Assembly: GCA_963755915.1 (NCBI GenBank)
Contig: CAVWLP010000002.1
Location: 4,384,001-4,448,000 of the forward strand
Direction of reading: 5' to 3'
From: an uncultured Phycisphaerales bacterium
Lineage (GTDB): Bacteria; Planctomycetota; Phycisphaerae; Tepidisphaerales; Tepidisphaeraceae
Length of the DNA: 64,000 nucleotides
Shown: positions 19,052 through 29,159 of the stretch, piece after piece
Layout: every line of letters begins with the position of its first letter
Position numbering within the stretch: position 1 is the first letter of the stretch
Translations under genes and position numbers: made by a program
Notes under the pieces: generated by a model
Databases searched by the model: none
What the model was told of the DNA's origin: nothing
Seen by the model: the letters and a program-made list of their open reading frames with translations, nothing else

Positions 19052-21471
19052 TCACCGCAGCGCCAACTGCGAGTTCAGTTCCACTTGCGTCTTAAAGAGC
19101 TTCGCATACACGCCCCCCTCCTTGTCCACCAGTTCCCGGTGCGTCCCCTGCTCCACGATCTTGCCGCTTTCCAGCACCACCAGCCGGTCGGCGCTCGTCA
19201 ACGTGCTCAGCCGGTGCGCAATGGCAAACGTCGTGCGCCCCTCAACTAGACGGTTCAGCGCCTGCTGAATTTCCCGTTCCGTCTCCGTATCGACCGAGCT
19301 GGTCGCCTCATCCAGGATCAATATCCGCGGATTGTGCAGGATCGCCCGCGCGATGCTGATCCGCTGCCTCTCCCCGCCCGACAGGCTCTGCCCGCGCTCC
19401 CCCACGAGCGTGTCATATCCATCCGGAAATCCCACGATAAAATCATGCGCGTTGGCCGCCCGTGCTGCCGAGATCACCGCCTCCTCGCTCGCCTCCGCGT
19501 TCCCATAGCGGATATTGTCCGCGATCGTCCCGTGAAACAGGTACGGCTCCTGCAAGACCAGCCCAATTTGCCTCCTCAAAAACTTCACGTCAAAATCGCG
19601 AACGTCAATCCCATCGATCAAAATCTGCCCCTCCGTCACGTCATAAAACCGGCACAGCAAATTCACCAGCGTGCTCTTCCCGGCCCCGCTTTTTCCGCAC
19701 AGCCCGATCATCTGCCCCGGCTCCGCCGACATCGAAACCTCGCGCAGCGCCGGCTGCGCCCCCTCATAACTGAACGAAACATTCCGAAACTCAACCCGCC
19801 CCTCCAGCCGATCCTTCACCACCGCATCCGCCCGCGAATAAACGTCCGGCGGTGTATCCAGAATCTCGAAAATCCGCTGCGCACTCGTTGCCGCCCGCGT
19901 CACCATCCGGTTGCTGTTCGCCAGCTCCATGATCGGCTGATAGAACTGCCACACAAACTGCGTAAACGCGATCAGCACCCCCAGCGTATACCGCGGATCG
20001 TTCGGATGCTTGATCACCAGCCACCCCCCGATCACCCAGATCAGCAGCGCCCCAAACCGCATCAACCCGCTGACCCACGGCGCCAGCGCCGTCCAGACGA
20101 TGTGAATTTCGCTCGCCTTGTCGGTATATTCATTGCTCCGCCGATCAAACCGCCGGATTTCCTTCTGCTCATTGGCAAACGCCTTCACCACCCGCACGCC
20201 CGGCAGCGCATCCCCGACCACCGCGCTCATCCGCGAATAGTAGGTCCACAATCTTCCAAACATCCGCTGCATCTTCATGCCGCGCTTGTATGTGAGTACC
20301 CCCAGCACCGGCAGTGGCAGCAGCGCGATCGCCGCCAGCTCCCAGTTCATCTTGAACATCATCGCCGCGATTGCCGCGATCATTGCCACGTCGCGAATCA
20401 GATCGATCGATCCAAACACGATGAAATCCCACAGCCGGTCCGTGTCGCTGGTCACCCGCGTAATCAGCGACCCGGTCCTCCGCTTGGAAAAATAGCGCGG
20501 GCTCAGGTCGTGCAGATGCTCATACACCTTGTGCCGAAGATCGGCGGTGATCCTCTCCCCCATCAGCGCCAGCGTGCGCAGGCGAAGCGCGTTCAGCCAT
20601 TCGCTGACGACCACCACGATCAGCAGCGCCGACGACCACACCACCAGCTCGTGCACCCGATATCCGAGCGTCATCGCGGCCGCGCTGGCGTGCGCCGGCG
20701 CGATCGCCCGGTCCACCAGTTGCCGGTTCATCCACGCCGGTATTGCCGCCATTGCAGAAACCAGGATGGTCAGCACCAGCGCAAACCGCGTCCGCCACTT
20801 ATACGGCTTGGCCACATCCAGCAATCGCGACAAAATCTTCCGCTTCGCCGCGCACTGCGGGCACACCCCTTCGGCATACGATGGAATTAGCTCCCCGCAC
20901 TTCGGGCAATGCGCCTTTCGCTCCGCCTCCCGCTCAACCGCATCCAGCCACTCCGGCCTCCCCTCCGTCTTCTCCTTCGAATCGTCCGCCCGTCTGATCT
21001 GCCTCTGCAATTTCCGGTTCAGCCGCGTCATCGTCGTCCGATGCCGCCGCGAATACCGCAGTTCCCCCGCCGCCTTCCCCTCAGACACGATCACCAGCCG
21101 GTCCACCCCCAGCCCCTCCACAATCCGGCTCTCCTCGATCTTCTCCAAAGCAATCGACCGGCGCCTTCTCTCCCCCCACCGGACGCCCCTCTTTCCCCCT
21201 CTCCTGGTACTCCGGGAGAGGGTTGGGGTGAGGGCCGTGAATTCTCCTCATAGCCCACACCATCGCCCCCCACCCCAATCTGCACCAACTCCCGATCGGT
21301 GAGCACCACAAACTGCCGCGCAAACCGATTCCGAGAATCCAAATCGAACTCTGACCACCCCAAAATCGTCTGCCCCGCCAGCTCTCCATCCAGCCGCGCC
21401 GCCACCGCCGGCGGCAAGCCGCCCGTCCCCACCACTTCCATTTCCATCTCACTCGTTGTCCCCTGACTCAT
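19052..21471 (-). CDS. ABC exporter, fused permease/ATPase with N-terminal extension and Zn ribbon (DUF1854-associated type); frameshift in a G run ~21172
   Basis: GKSGAGKST, LSGGERQR, ILILDEATS, IAHRLST; CPKC..CPQC; N-terminal FDLDSRNRFARQFVVLTDREL in the adjacent frame. Confidence 0.9.
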
Positions 21472-21481
21472 CGCCATCTCC

Positions 21482-21520
21482 AAAAAAAAGCCACGCGGTC
21501 TTGATTCAAGGCCGCGTGGC
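21482..21520 (-). terminator. Intrinsic terminator directly upstream of the ABC transporter start (attenuator)
   Basis: GCCACGCGGCCTTGAATCAAGACCGCGTGGC followed by T8, then GGAG-N6-ATG. Confidence 0.85.
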
Positions 21521-21546
21521 GGGAATTTCCAGTTCTATGGGCAGAT

Positions 21547-21648
21547 TCAGCCTCGATCCGCCTCCCGCCTGCGCACCGTAGCAACCATTTCCGAGCGGCT
21601 GCGCCGCCTGATGGTTACTGCAAAGTTGTGCGTCGAGTGGTTGAGCAT
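21547..21648 (-). CDS. Putative Arg-rich leader peptide MLNHSTHNFAVTIRRRSRSEMVATVRRREADRG
   Basis: 33-aa ORF with AAGGAGGAG SD, lying between a promoter and the terminator; below the ORF-track cutoff. Confidence 0.65.
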   Translation of the reverse strand: MLNHSTHNFAVTIRRRSRSEMVATVRRREADRG

Positions 21649-21678
21649 GTTACGGATATTTCTCCTCCTTGAGCCGGA

Positions 21679-21707
21679 ACAATGCCCGAACTCTCAGGCG
21701 TTGTCAA
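21679..21707 (-). promoter_or_regulatory. Sigma70-type promoter
   Basis: TTGACA-17 nt-CATTGT immediately upstream of the leader SD. Confidence 0.65.
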
Positions 21708-21764
21708 CAACAATCTTCCCCAATTTTGCCCGGCAGCACCCATTTCGTTATCGTCTCCGCCCAC

Positions 21765-22373
21765 ATGCACCATTCTATTCCCTCTCTTCTCCGCCGGCTA
21801 CTTCTCCCCCTCGCCGCCCTACTCTGCACCGCCTGCGCCGCCACAGACTCCCCGCCCCAAATCACCACCCTCGAATCCCAGGTCACGACCATCCTCGCCC
21901 AGATCCAGCAGCAGGACCCCAACATCCAAGCCCAGATCGACCGCTCCTACGGCTTCGCCCTCTTCCCCTCCATCCTCAAAATCGCCGCCGGCGTCGACAT
22001 CGGCTACGGCCGCGGAATCGTCTTCCAGCACCACCGCCAGATCGGCGAAGCCTCCGTCCTCCAATACAACGTCGGCGCCGCCATCGGCGGTCAGCAATAC
22101 TGGCAGCTCATCCTCCTCCCCGAAAAAACCGACCTCGACGACCTCCGCGACGGCCCCACCCTCGCCGTCGGAAACGCCTCCGGAATCTTCATCCATTCCG
22201 GCTCGGGTTTAACTCTCGCCGTCCCCAGCGGGTCCGCCTCCATGGTCCAACCCACCTCCGGTCTCATGTTCGAAGTAGCCATCGGCGGCCAAACCTTCTG
22301 GTTCCAAAACCTGAAGCCAGGTGAATGGAACTACTCCGCTACCGTCTCCTCACCACTTCTTGCCCAACGATAA
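21765..22373 (+). CDS. SYLF/Ysc84-like lipid-binding lipoprotein
   Basis: Lipobox-like LCTAC; SYGFALFPSILK..G.GYGRGIVF; VGAAIGGQQY; GLMFEVAIGGQTF. Confidence 0.75.
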   Translation: MHHSIPSLLRRLLLPLAALLCTACAATDSPPQITTLESQVTTILAQIQQQDPNIQAQIDRSYGFALFPSILKIAAGVDIGYGRGIVFQHHRQIGEASVLQYNVGAAIGGQQYWQLILLPEKTDLDDLRDGPTLAVGNASGIFIHSGSGLTLAVPSGSASMVQPTSGLMFEVAIGGQTFWFQNLKPGEWNYSATVSSPLLAQR

Positions 22374-22458
22374 CCGGCAAGTATTTCCCCCACCCACGGT
22401 AATCCGGGGGAGGGTTAGGGAGGGGGTTTTTCCGAATGACGTGTTAAATCCTCATCCC

Positions 22459-22506
22459 CTACTGCCCCACAATATCCTTCCTCGTCCCCTCAATGATCCC
22501 CATCAG
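22459..22506 (-). repeat. 48-bp direct duplicate of the globin gene 3' end (22778..22825)
   Basis: Encodes the same LMGIIEGTRKDIVGQ-stop; two synonymous differences. Confidence 0.9.
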
Positions 22507-22563
22507 GATCGTAGGGTGGATGTACTCGCCCACCGATTCTCCACCGATCACCGATCACCGCCA

Positions 22564-22693
22564 CGACTCCCGTCCAACACCCCAAGGCCGTCCCGACCGT
22601 CACCAGGCCAGCCACGTGCTCCCGCGGCGGAACCGCCTGTTATATTCGAGCCCCCGCACCCTCTCGTCACCCAAACCATAACCGAAAATAATC
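22564..22693 (-). repeat. Second copy of the 6764..6894 promoter + structured RNA element
   Basis: About 23 differences over 131 aligned positions (manual alignment). Confidence 0.85.
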
Positions 22694-22777
22694 TTCCCAG
22701 TCTTCCCCCCGAACCAAACAAAAACCCATCATTTGCAGAAATAAGAATACCGCTAAAACTTGGATTTCAGAAAGCGA

Positions 22778-23233
22778 CTATTGCCCCACAATATCCTTCC
22801 TCGTCCCCTCAATAATCCCCATCAGTTCATTCGTCTCATTCACCCCCACCTGATATTTCTCCAGCGACCTCTTGAAGTCCTGCTCCGCAGCGTTGAACTG
22901 CGCATCGGTAATCTGCATCCCCGCATGCGCCGCCTTCATATCCTTCCCCTCATATTCCTGCGGCCCCCCCGCCGCCGCCTCGATGAACTCCACCAGATGC
23001 CCCCTCACCATCTCCACATTCTCCGGCGTCGCCTGCCACTCCGCGCTCGTCCCCGCCCGGGTAAAATTCACCCGCGGATCCCCCATCGCATTATTGATGA
23101 AATCATCCACAATCGCCGAAATCATCATCTCCCCCCCAACCCGATCATAAAGCGGCTCCGGCCGATTCAACGCGCACCCCTCCCCCACAATCGCCGCCGA
23201 CAAAACCGCCACCAGCACCCACGCTTTACCCAT
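22778..23233 (-). CDS. Group I truncated hemoglobin with signal/lipoprotein peptide
   Basis: LYDRVGG, IVDDF, DPRVN, GGPQEYEGKDMKAAH (proximal His), ITDAQFNA. Confidence 0.9.
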   Translation of the reverse strand: MGKAWVLVAVLSAAIVGEGCALNRPEPLYDRVGGEMMISAIVDDFINNAMGDPRVNFTRAGTSAEWQATPENVEMVRGHLVEFIEAAAGGPQEYEGKDMKAAHAGMQITDAQFNAAEQDFKRSLEKYQVGVNETNELMGIIEGTRKDIVGQ

Positions 23234-23378
23234 CCCATTCTCCCTTCTTTTTGCCCACGCCGATAGATACTCGCATCACCTCCTCACTTCAACCATTTCC
23301 AGGGTTCAAACAGATTTTGCCGCATTCTCATTCGGCATTCGGCATTCGGCGTTCGCCATTCGCCGCTACAATCCCCCC

Positions 23379-24605
23379 ATGGACCTCCCTCTCCTCACCC
23401 GCGACATCCCCGGCATCGGCGGCTCAATCAAGCAACGCCCCGAAGATTTCTTCGTCCAGGAAATCCCCCTCTACGAACCCTCCGGCCAGGGCGAGCACCT
23501 CTACTGCGAAATCGAAAAAATAAATCTCTCCACCTTCGACGCCGTCGACCGCCTCGCCCGCGCACTCAACATCCCCTCCCGCGAGATCGGCTACGCCGGC
23601 CTCAAAGACGCCGCCGCCATCACCCGACAGCTCTTCTCCCTTCCCGGTCTCGACGAATCCGCTGTCGCCAATCTCCATCTCCCCCAGATGACCGTCAAAT
23701 GGGCCGCCCGTCACGGCAACAAGCTCCGCCTCGGCCATCTCCGCGCCAATCGCTTCGCCATCAAAATCCGCCACGTCAATCCCACCGACGTCGTCAAGCT
23801 CACCCCCGTCATCCAAACCCTCCAACAGCGCGGCATGCCCAACTATTTCGGCGAGCAACGCTTCGGCCGCCGCCAAAACAACCACCTCCTCGGCGCCGCC
23901 CTTCTTCGCGGCGACGACTCCGAAGTCCTCAAACTCCTCCTCGGCTCCCCCGACAAATCTCTCGACAACCCCAAACAGCGTGCGGCGCGGGAAGCTTTCG
24001 ACGCCGGCGACCCCCGCGCCGCCATGAAACACTGGCCCCGCTCCAGCGGCATGGAACGCCGAATCCTCGCCCGTTTCATCAAAACCGAAAAACCCGCCGC
24101 CGCCGTCCGCGCCGTCGATCAGCGCGTCCGCCGCCTCTGGATCTCCGCCCTCCAGTCCGACCTCTTCAACCTCGTCGTCGCCAGCCGCATCGACTCCCTC
24201 GACAAGCTCCTCGCCGGCGACCTCGCCCAGAAGCACGAAAACGGCGCCGTCTTCCGCGTCATCGATCCCCAAACCGAGCAACCCCGCTGCGACACCTTCG
24301 AGATCAGCCCCACCGGCCCCCTCATCGGCTACCGCATAACCCTCCCCGAAGCAGAGCCTCTGCAAATCGAGCAGGAAATCTTCGCCTCCCGCCACATCCG
24401 CCCCCAGGATTTCCGCGCCGCCGGCCGCCTGAAAGTCAAGGGCCAGCGCCGACCCCTCCGCGTCAAGCCCGAAGATATAGAACTCTCCGCCGGCGTAGAC
24501 GATAACGGCCCCCACATCACCGCCGCCTTCACCCTCCCAGCCGGTTCTTTCGCTACAGTTTTCCTCCGCGAACTCATGAAAGTGGAACCCGATTCATCAA
24601 CCTAG
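23379..24605 (+). CDS. truD: tRNA pseudouridine(13) synthase
   Basis: PEDFFVQE, GYAGLKD, LGHLRANRF, PNYFGEQRFG, SALQSDLFN, FTLPAGSFAT. Confidence 0.95.
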   Translation: MDLPLLTRDIPGIGGSIKQRPEDFFVQEIPLYEPSGQGEHLYCEIEKINLSTFDAVDRLARALNIPSREIGYAGLKDAAAITRQLFSLPGLDESAVANLHLPQMTVKWAARHGNKLRLGHLRANRFAIKIRHVNPTDVVKLTPVIQTLQQRGMPNYFGEQRFGRRQNNHLLGAALLRGDDSEVLKLLLGSPDKSLDNPKQRAAREAFDAGDPRAAMKHWPRSSGMERRILARFIKTEKPAAAVRAVDQRVRRLWISALQSDLFNLVVASRIDSLDKLLAGDLAQKHENGAVFRVIDPQTEQPRCDTFEISPTGPLIGYRITLPEAEPLQIEQEIFASRHIRPQDFRAAGRLKVKGQRRPLRVKPEDIELSAGVDDNGPHITAAFTLPAGSFATVFLRELMKVEPDSST

Positions 24606-24646
24606 CCGATTTTAACGTATGATTCCCGGTGAAAGGAGACTCCCCC

Positions 24647-25168
24647 ATGACCGCCACCGCAACCTCCACCATGAAGCCCGGCTCCCCCCTCGCTTACCTC
24701 TACCTCCACTTCATCAGCTTCGCCGAAAAATGGCGCTCTCCCTTCCTCCTCTTCATCCGCCTCTACATCGGCTACCAGTGCATCATCTCCGGCTGGGCCC
24801 ACATCCATAACCTCCAGGCCACCACCAAATTCTTCACCACCCTCCACATCCCCTTCCCCGAGCTCAGCGTCATCATGTCCGCCACCACCGAACTCTTCGG
24901 CGGCATCATCCTTATCGTCGGCTTCGGCTCCCGCCTCATCTCCCTCATCCTCACCGTCAACTTCTTCGTCGCCATGCTCACCGTTGAGCTTTCCCAATAC
25001 GCCTTCTCCTACAAACAGCTAGGCGCCCAAATCTGGAAAGACCAAACCCCCATTCTGAACGACACCGCCTTCCCCTTCCTCGCCACCACCATCATCATCC
25101 TCCTCTTCGGCCCCGGCTGGCTCTCCATCGACGGCCTCATCAAATTCGCCCGCGGCAAGAAAAAATAA
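24647..25168 (+). CDS. DoxX family membrane protein
   Basis: LLFIRLYIG, IPFP, ELFGGIILIVG, FGPGWLSID; AAGGAG SD. Confidence 0.88.
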   Translation: MTATATSTMKPGSPLAYLYLHFISFAEKWRSPFLLFIRLYIGYQCIISGWAHIHNLQATTKFFTTLHIPFPELSVIMSATTELFGGIILIVGFGSRLISLILTVNFFVAMLTVELSQYAFSYKQLGAQIWKDQTPILNDTAFPFLATTIIILLFGPGWLSIDGLIKFARGKKK

Positions 25169-25200
25169 CCCCCTCTTTCCCCACCTGATACGAATTTGTA

Positions 25201-25338
25201 TTTCTTGGCGCTCTTCGCGTCTTGGCGGTTAAAACGGAGCCGCGGACGGCGACGGGCGGTACTCCGCGAAAGGTAGGCCGGAGGCCGATCAATTTTTTAA
25301 CCGCCCGCTTCGCTCAAGACGCCAAGAGCGCCAAGAAA
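25201..25338. repeat. Inverted repeat pair (AACCGCCAAGACGCCAAGAGCGCCAAG family)
   Basis: TTTCTTGGCGCTCTTCGCGTCTTGGCGGTTAAAA ... TTTTAACCGCC..CAAGACGCCAAGAGCGCCAAGAAA. Confidence 0.75.
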
Positions 25339-25694
25339 TTCAATTAAAAAAGCCCATTTTGATTTCCCTCCCCGTTCTCCGCGGTGAAAAAAACCAAAAA
25401 AAAATCCGCGCCATAGGTACAAAATACGTCCAAAACGTGCACCTTTGGCCCTGTATATAGAGGCACCACATGATGACAATCGCCCCAAACCCCCTTCAAC
25501 CCCGCGTCGCAATTCGCGAAAAAAAAACGTACACCCTCCGCCCCCGTTTTAAAAATATCCAAAGTGTCAACGGTAACGAAACCCCGCGCCGCAGCGCAGC
25601 GTCAACGCGTTTGCCACCACTAACATCTCATGATTTTCACCCCGCTAAATATGTTGACGCAATCGCGGAAACAGGGCGACTTGTGGATATTCGT

Positions 25695-28279
25695 TTAGTG
25701 GTTGAGCTCTGGCGATTTGAGCGCCGCCGCGAGGCTTTCGCTCGCCTCCTCGAACGTCGGATCCAACTCGACCGCCCTGCGATATTGCTCGATCGCACCA
25801 GGAAAATCCCCCTTCGCGCGGAGGATTTCTCCCAGCCCGTAGTTCGCCCGCCCGTGCCAGGAAGACTGCGACAGCACCAGTTGATATTCCGCCGTCGCCT
25901 CCGCGAATTTATGCTGGTCTCGGTAAACCTCCGCCAGCGCAAAGTGCGCCCGTGTGAAATCCGCCTGCAGCTCGATCGCCCGTTTGAATTCTCCAACCGC
26001 CTGGTCGACTTTCCCCTCCGCCTGGAATAACTGGCCCAGCCCGAAGTGCGTCAGCGCCTTGTTCGGATCGAGCTGAAGCGATTGCCAGAATTGCTCCGCC
26101 GCTTCGTCAAAACGCCCTTCCATCCACAATGCCTTCGCCAGGTTGTACCGAGCCGTCGCGTTGGTCGGCTGAAGGCGAATGATGTGCTCATACTCCAGAA
26201 TCGCCTGGGTGTGATTGCCTCTAAACCAGAACACCTTGCCGAGGAACCCATACGCCCAGGGGTAATCCGGATTGATTTTGACCGCCTCCTCGAACGCATC
26301 CACCGCGTCGTCCGTGTGGTCGGCGTATTGCAGGGCGATCCCCAGGTTTGCATAAACGATCGCCGTCCCCGGACGCAGCGCCAGGGCAGCCCGGAAATAT
26401 CCCACCGCTTCCTCGGGATCGCTTTTACGCAGCGCCCGGCCCAGCCAGAAGTTCGCCCAGAAATCGTCCGGATGCTGCCGCTGGATCGAGGTCAGCAGCG
26501 GCCGCGCGTCCCCCCCTGGCCTTCCAGCGAGACCGCCAGCGCCAGGAGCAAATGCACCGAGTTTTCGGTGCGGGGAACGCTTTGCACCAGCGCCGTCACT
26601 GCCGCCTTGTTGCTCCATTTTGCCGGGTCACGGGCGATATCTCGCCACGGGTCGGGGTCGGCCCGGCGCCACGTCCATCAGCCACGCCCGGCGGGTCTGA
26701 TTTTTCGCGCAACCCGACCAATCGTCCAGCGCCGCCACCAATTCCGCGCGAAACGGAGAAGCCGCGATCCTCGCCGCCACGATTTTCGGCGCGTCCCCGA
26801 CCGAACCCAGCCCCGAAACCCGGAACTCGTTCTCGTATCCCTGGTCGGCCTGGGCATTGCTCACCAGCCCATCAACCTCCGATGCCCGGTCCAGGCAGAT
26901 CGCGTCGAGCCGGTTAATAAGCTGGTGGCCCTGGCTCAATTGTTCCAGCAGAAGCAGTTGCTGCCGCAAAACATCCGGCCCACCCGCTCCGAGTTGAACC
27001 TTCACGCGCTCCAGCTTTGCATCGCCGCCCGACCAATCCGACTGAAGCTGGAGCTGTTTGACTTCGTTCAGCTCATCCGTCACTTCGCGCACGTTTTCGG
27101 CGCGCTGGGATGCGAGCACGAACCCGGCCGCCCCGATCAGCAGCGCCAGCAGAACCGCGCTCGCCGCCGCGGCCGCTTTCGCCGGTTGCCGCCGGGCCCA
27201 CAGGAACATTCGCTCGACAGCCCCCACCGGACGCGCGTGAATCGGCTGCGCCGCAAGGAACCGCCGAAGATCGGCCGACAAGTCGCCCGCCGTCCCGTAC
27301 CGCCGGGTAGGATCCTTGCTCAAACATTTGAGGCAGATCGTTTCCAGATCGCCGGGAACCTTGGCGTTCAACTTCGACGGAGCCGCCGGTTCGTTCTGCA
27401 TCACCTGCCGGCGCGTTTCGATGGACGTCACCGCCCGAAACGGCGGCCGCCCCGTCAGGAATTCGTACAGGATCGCCCCCAGCGAATAAATGTCCGTGGA
27501 CGCATCCAGCGCCCGGAGTTGCCGCCCGCTTGTTCCGGCGACATATAGCTCGGCGTCCCGACGGGCATGCCCACTTCGGTCAGCCCCGACTGGCCGTTCA
27601 TCTGCCGGGCCAGTCCGAAATCAGTCAGCTTCGGGATCCCATCCGCCGTCATCAGCACGTTGGCCGGTTTGATGTCGCGGTGAATGATTCCTTTTCCGTG
27701 GACCGCCCCGATCGCATCCGCGAGCGTTGCCGCCAGGCTCGCCGCCTGCCGCGCGTGCAGCGGAGCCCCCGTGAGTCGCTGCGCCAGGTTCCCGTCTTCC
27801 ACGTATTCCATCGTGAAATAGGCAACGTCGTTGTGATTGCCGATGTCGAACACCTGCACGATGTTCGGATGGCGTATGCCCGCAATCGCTTCCACTTCGC
27901 GGTGGAACCGTTCGAGCTGGTGAAGCTGGGCATATTCGCCCGAAAGGAGCATTTTCAGCGCCACCGGGCGATTGAGTCGCAGGTCCCAGGCTTTGTAGAC
28001 GACTCCTATGCCGCCGCGCCCGAGCACCGCCTGGAGTTCGTAACCGGGGATTCGCGGCAGATCGAAGGCCGATTGCCTCGCCCCCCCATCCGCATCCGGC
28101 CGCGTCGACCCGGCCGGTGGAAAGAGCAGGTTCACCCGCGCTTCCACGGCGCTCAAAACATTCAGTCGCTGGCGGACGACCGGAAGAAGCTGCGGGTAAT
28201 CGATGCAGACTTCCTCGGCCGCTCGATTTGATTCCAGGATCTGATCGACGAGCTGTTGGATGCTGGGATCGGGGGACAT
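25695..28279 (-). CDS. Hanks-type Ser/Thr kinase with TM segment and C-terminal TPRs; frameshifted (~27520, ~26650, ~26515)
   Basis: LGRGGIGVVY, VALK, HRDIKPAN, DFGLAR, GTPSYMSPEQ, DLETICLKCL, RRY; HPDDFWANF followed by TPRs. Confidence 0.9.
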
Positions 28280-28302
28280 ACTTGGCTTACCAGCCGTCGC
28301 CG

Positions 28303-28923
28303 CTAACGCGCACCGGAGGAATCCTCATCAGGCTTAAGATCCCCCAGTTGTTCCGCCAGCAGTTGAAGGCTCCGATTCAGCCGGCGCTGGACTGTCTTTA
28401 CCGACACCCCAATCACACCAGCGACTTCGGCGTGAGTCAACCCCTGAATTCGCGCCAGTTCGAAAACTTCACGCTCGTCGTCCGGCAGTCGGCCGATCGC
28501 CTCCATGATCCGCGAATACTCAGGGGTGATGTCCCAGGGCGCATCCGTCTCGGCCGGAATGATGCTTTCATGCAGTTCCACCGAGCGGGGCTGCTTGTCC
28601 AGCCGGCGTACGAGGTCGTTCAGCTCCCAGAGAATGTGCTTGTTCGCAAGCGAAAAGAACTGCCGCACGTTTGTCGGACGAGCGACCCGCATGGCTTTGA
28701 GAACCCGCTCGATCACCGCCCCGAGCAATTCATCCGGCTGCAAATTCAGCGGCGGCTGCTGAAGCCGGGGATAATTGCGGTGCAGCAGATTTGTGCAGAG
28801 AAGTCGCAGGCGACGTATCGCCCGATCGAGCAGCGCACGCACGACCGGTTGAACCGGGGCATCTCCCGTGAGCTCGTTGAGGTAGCGCTGGACGGCGTCG
28901 GTAGTGCGCTCTTCGGCCATCAT
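28303..28923 (-). CDS. ECF sigma factor, kinase-associated type
   Basis: Region 4 LPDDEREVFEL..IQGLTHAEVAGVIGVSVKTVQRRL; directly upstream of the STK. Confidence 0.88.
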   Translation of the reverse strand: MMAEERTTDAVQRYLNELTGDAPVQPVVRALLDRAIRRLRLLCTNLLHRNYPRLQQPPLNLQPDELLGAVIERVLKAMRVARPTNVRQFFSLANKHILWELNDLVRRLDKQPRSVELHESIIPAETDAPWDITPEYSRIMEAIGRLPDDEREVFELARIQGLTHAEVAGVIGVSVKTVQRRLNRSLQLLAEQLGDLKPDEDSSGAR

Positions 28924-29159
28924 GATGGCCCCCGTCGCTGTGACCCAATCATACCATAAACCTGCGATGTCCACCTGTTGCGCCTAGGACGTTGGAAGTC
29001 ATTGAACCTCCAAACATACGTGAACGCCCGGTCGGAATTAACACGTTGAAAGACAAGGCACTTATGCCAGTTGCTCTGGAAAATACGAATACGTGCCGCG
29101 AGAGGGAAACGGACTTCCATCTCGAAAGAAAGGAGATTTTTTTGGCGAGTGAACGCCCC

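Noticed and set aside
19334-20890. Long antisense or alternative-frame ORFs (also 26046..27548, 58396..59217, 23424..24515)
   Set aside because: Shadows of well-supported genes in GC-rich DNA, with biased composition and no recognisable motifs
22459-22825. Diversity-generating retroelement TR/VR pair (also considered for 43790/45490)
   Set aside because: No reverse transcriptase in the window; differences are few or synonymous and not adenine-specific
25200-25700. attL copy of the tRNA-Leu 3' end, or an integrase
   Set aside because: No match to the tRNA end found by eye, and no tyrosine or serine recombinase ORF in the window
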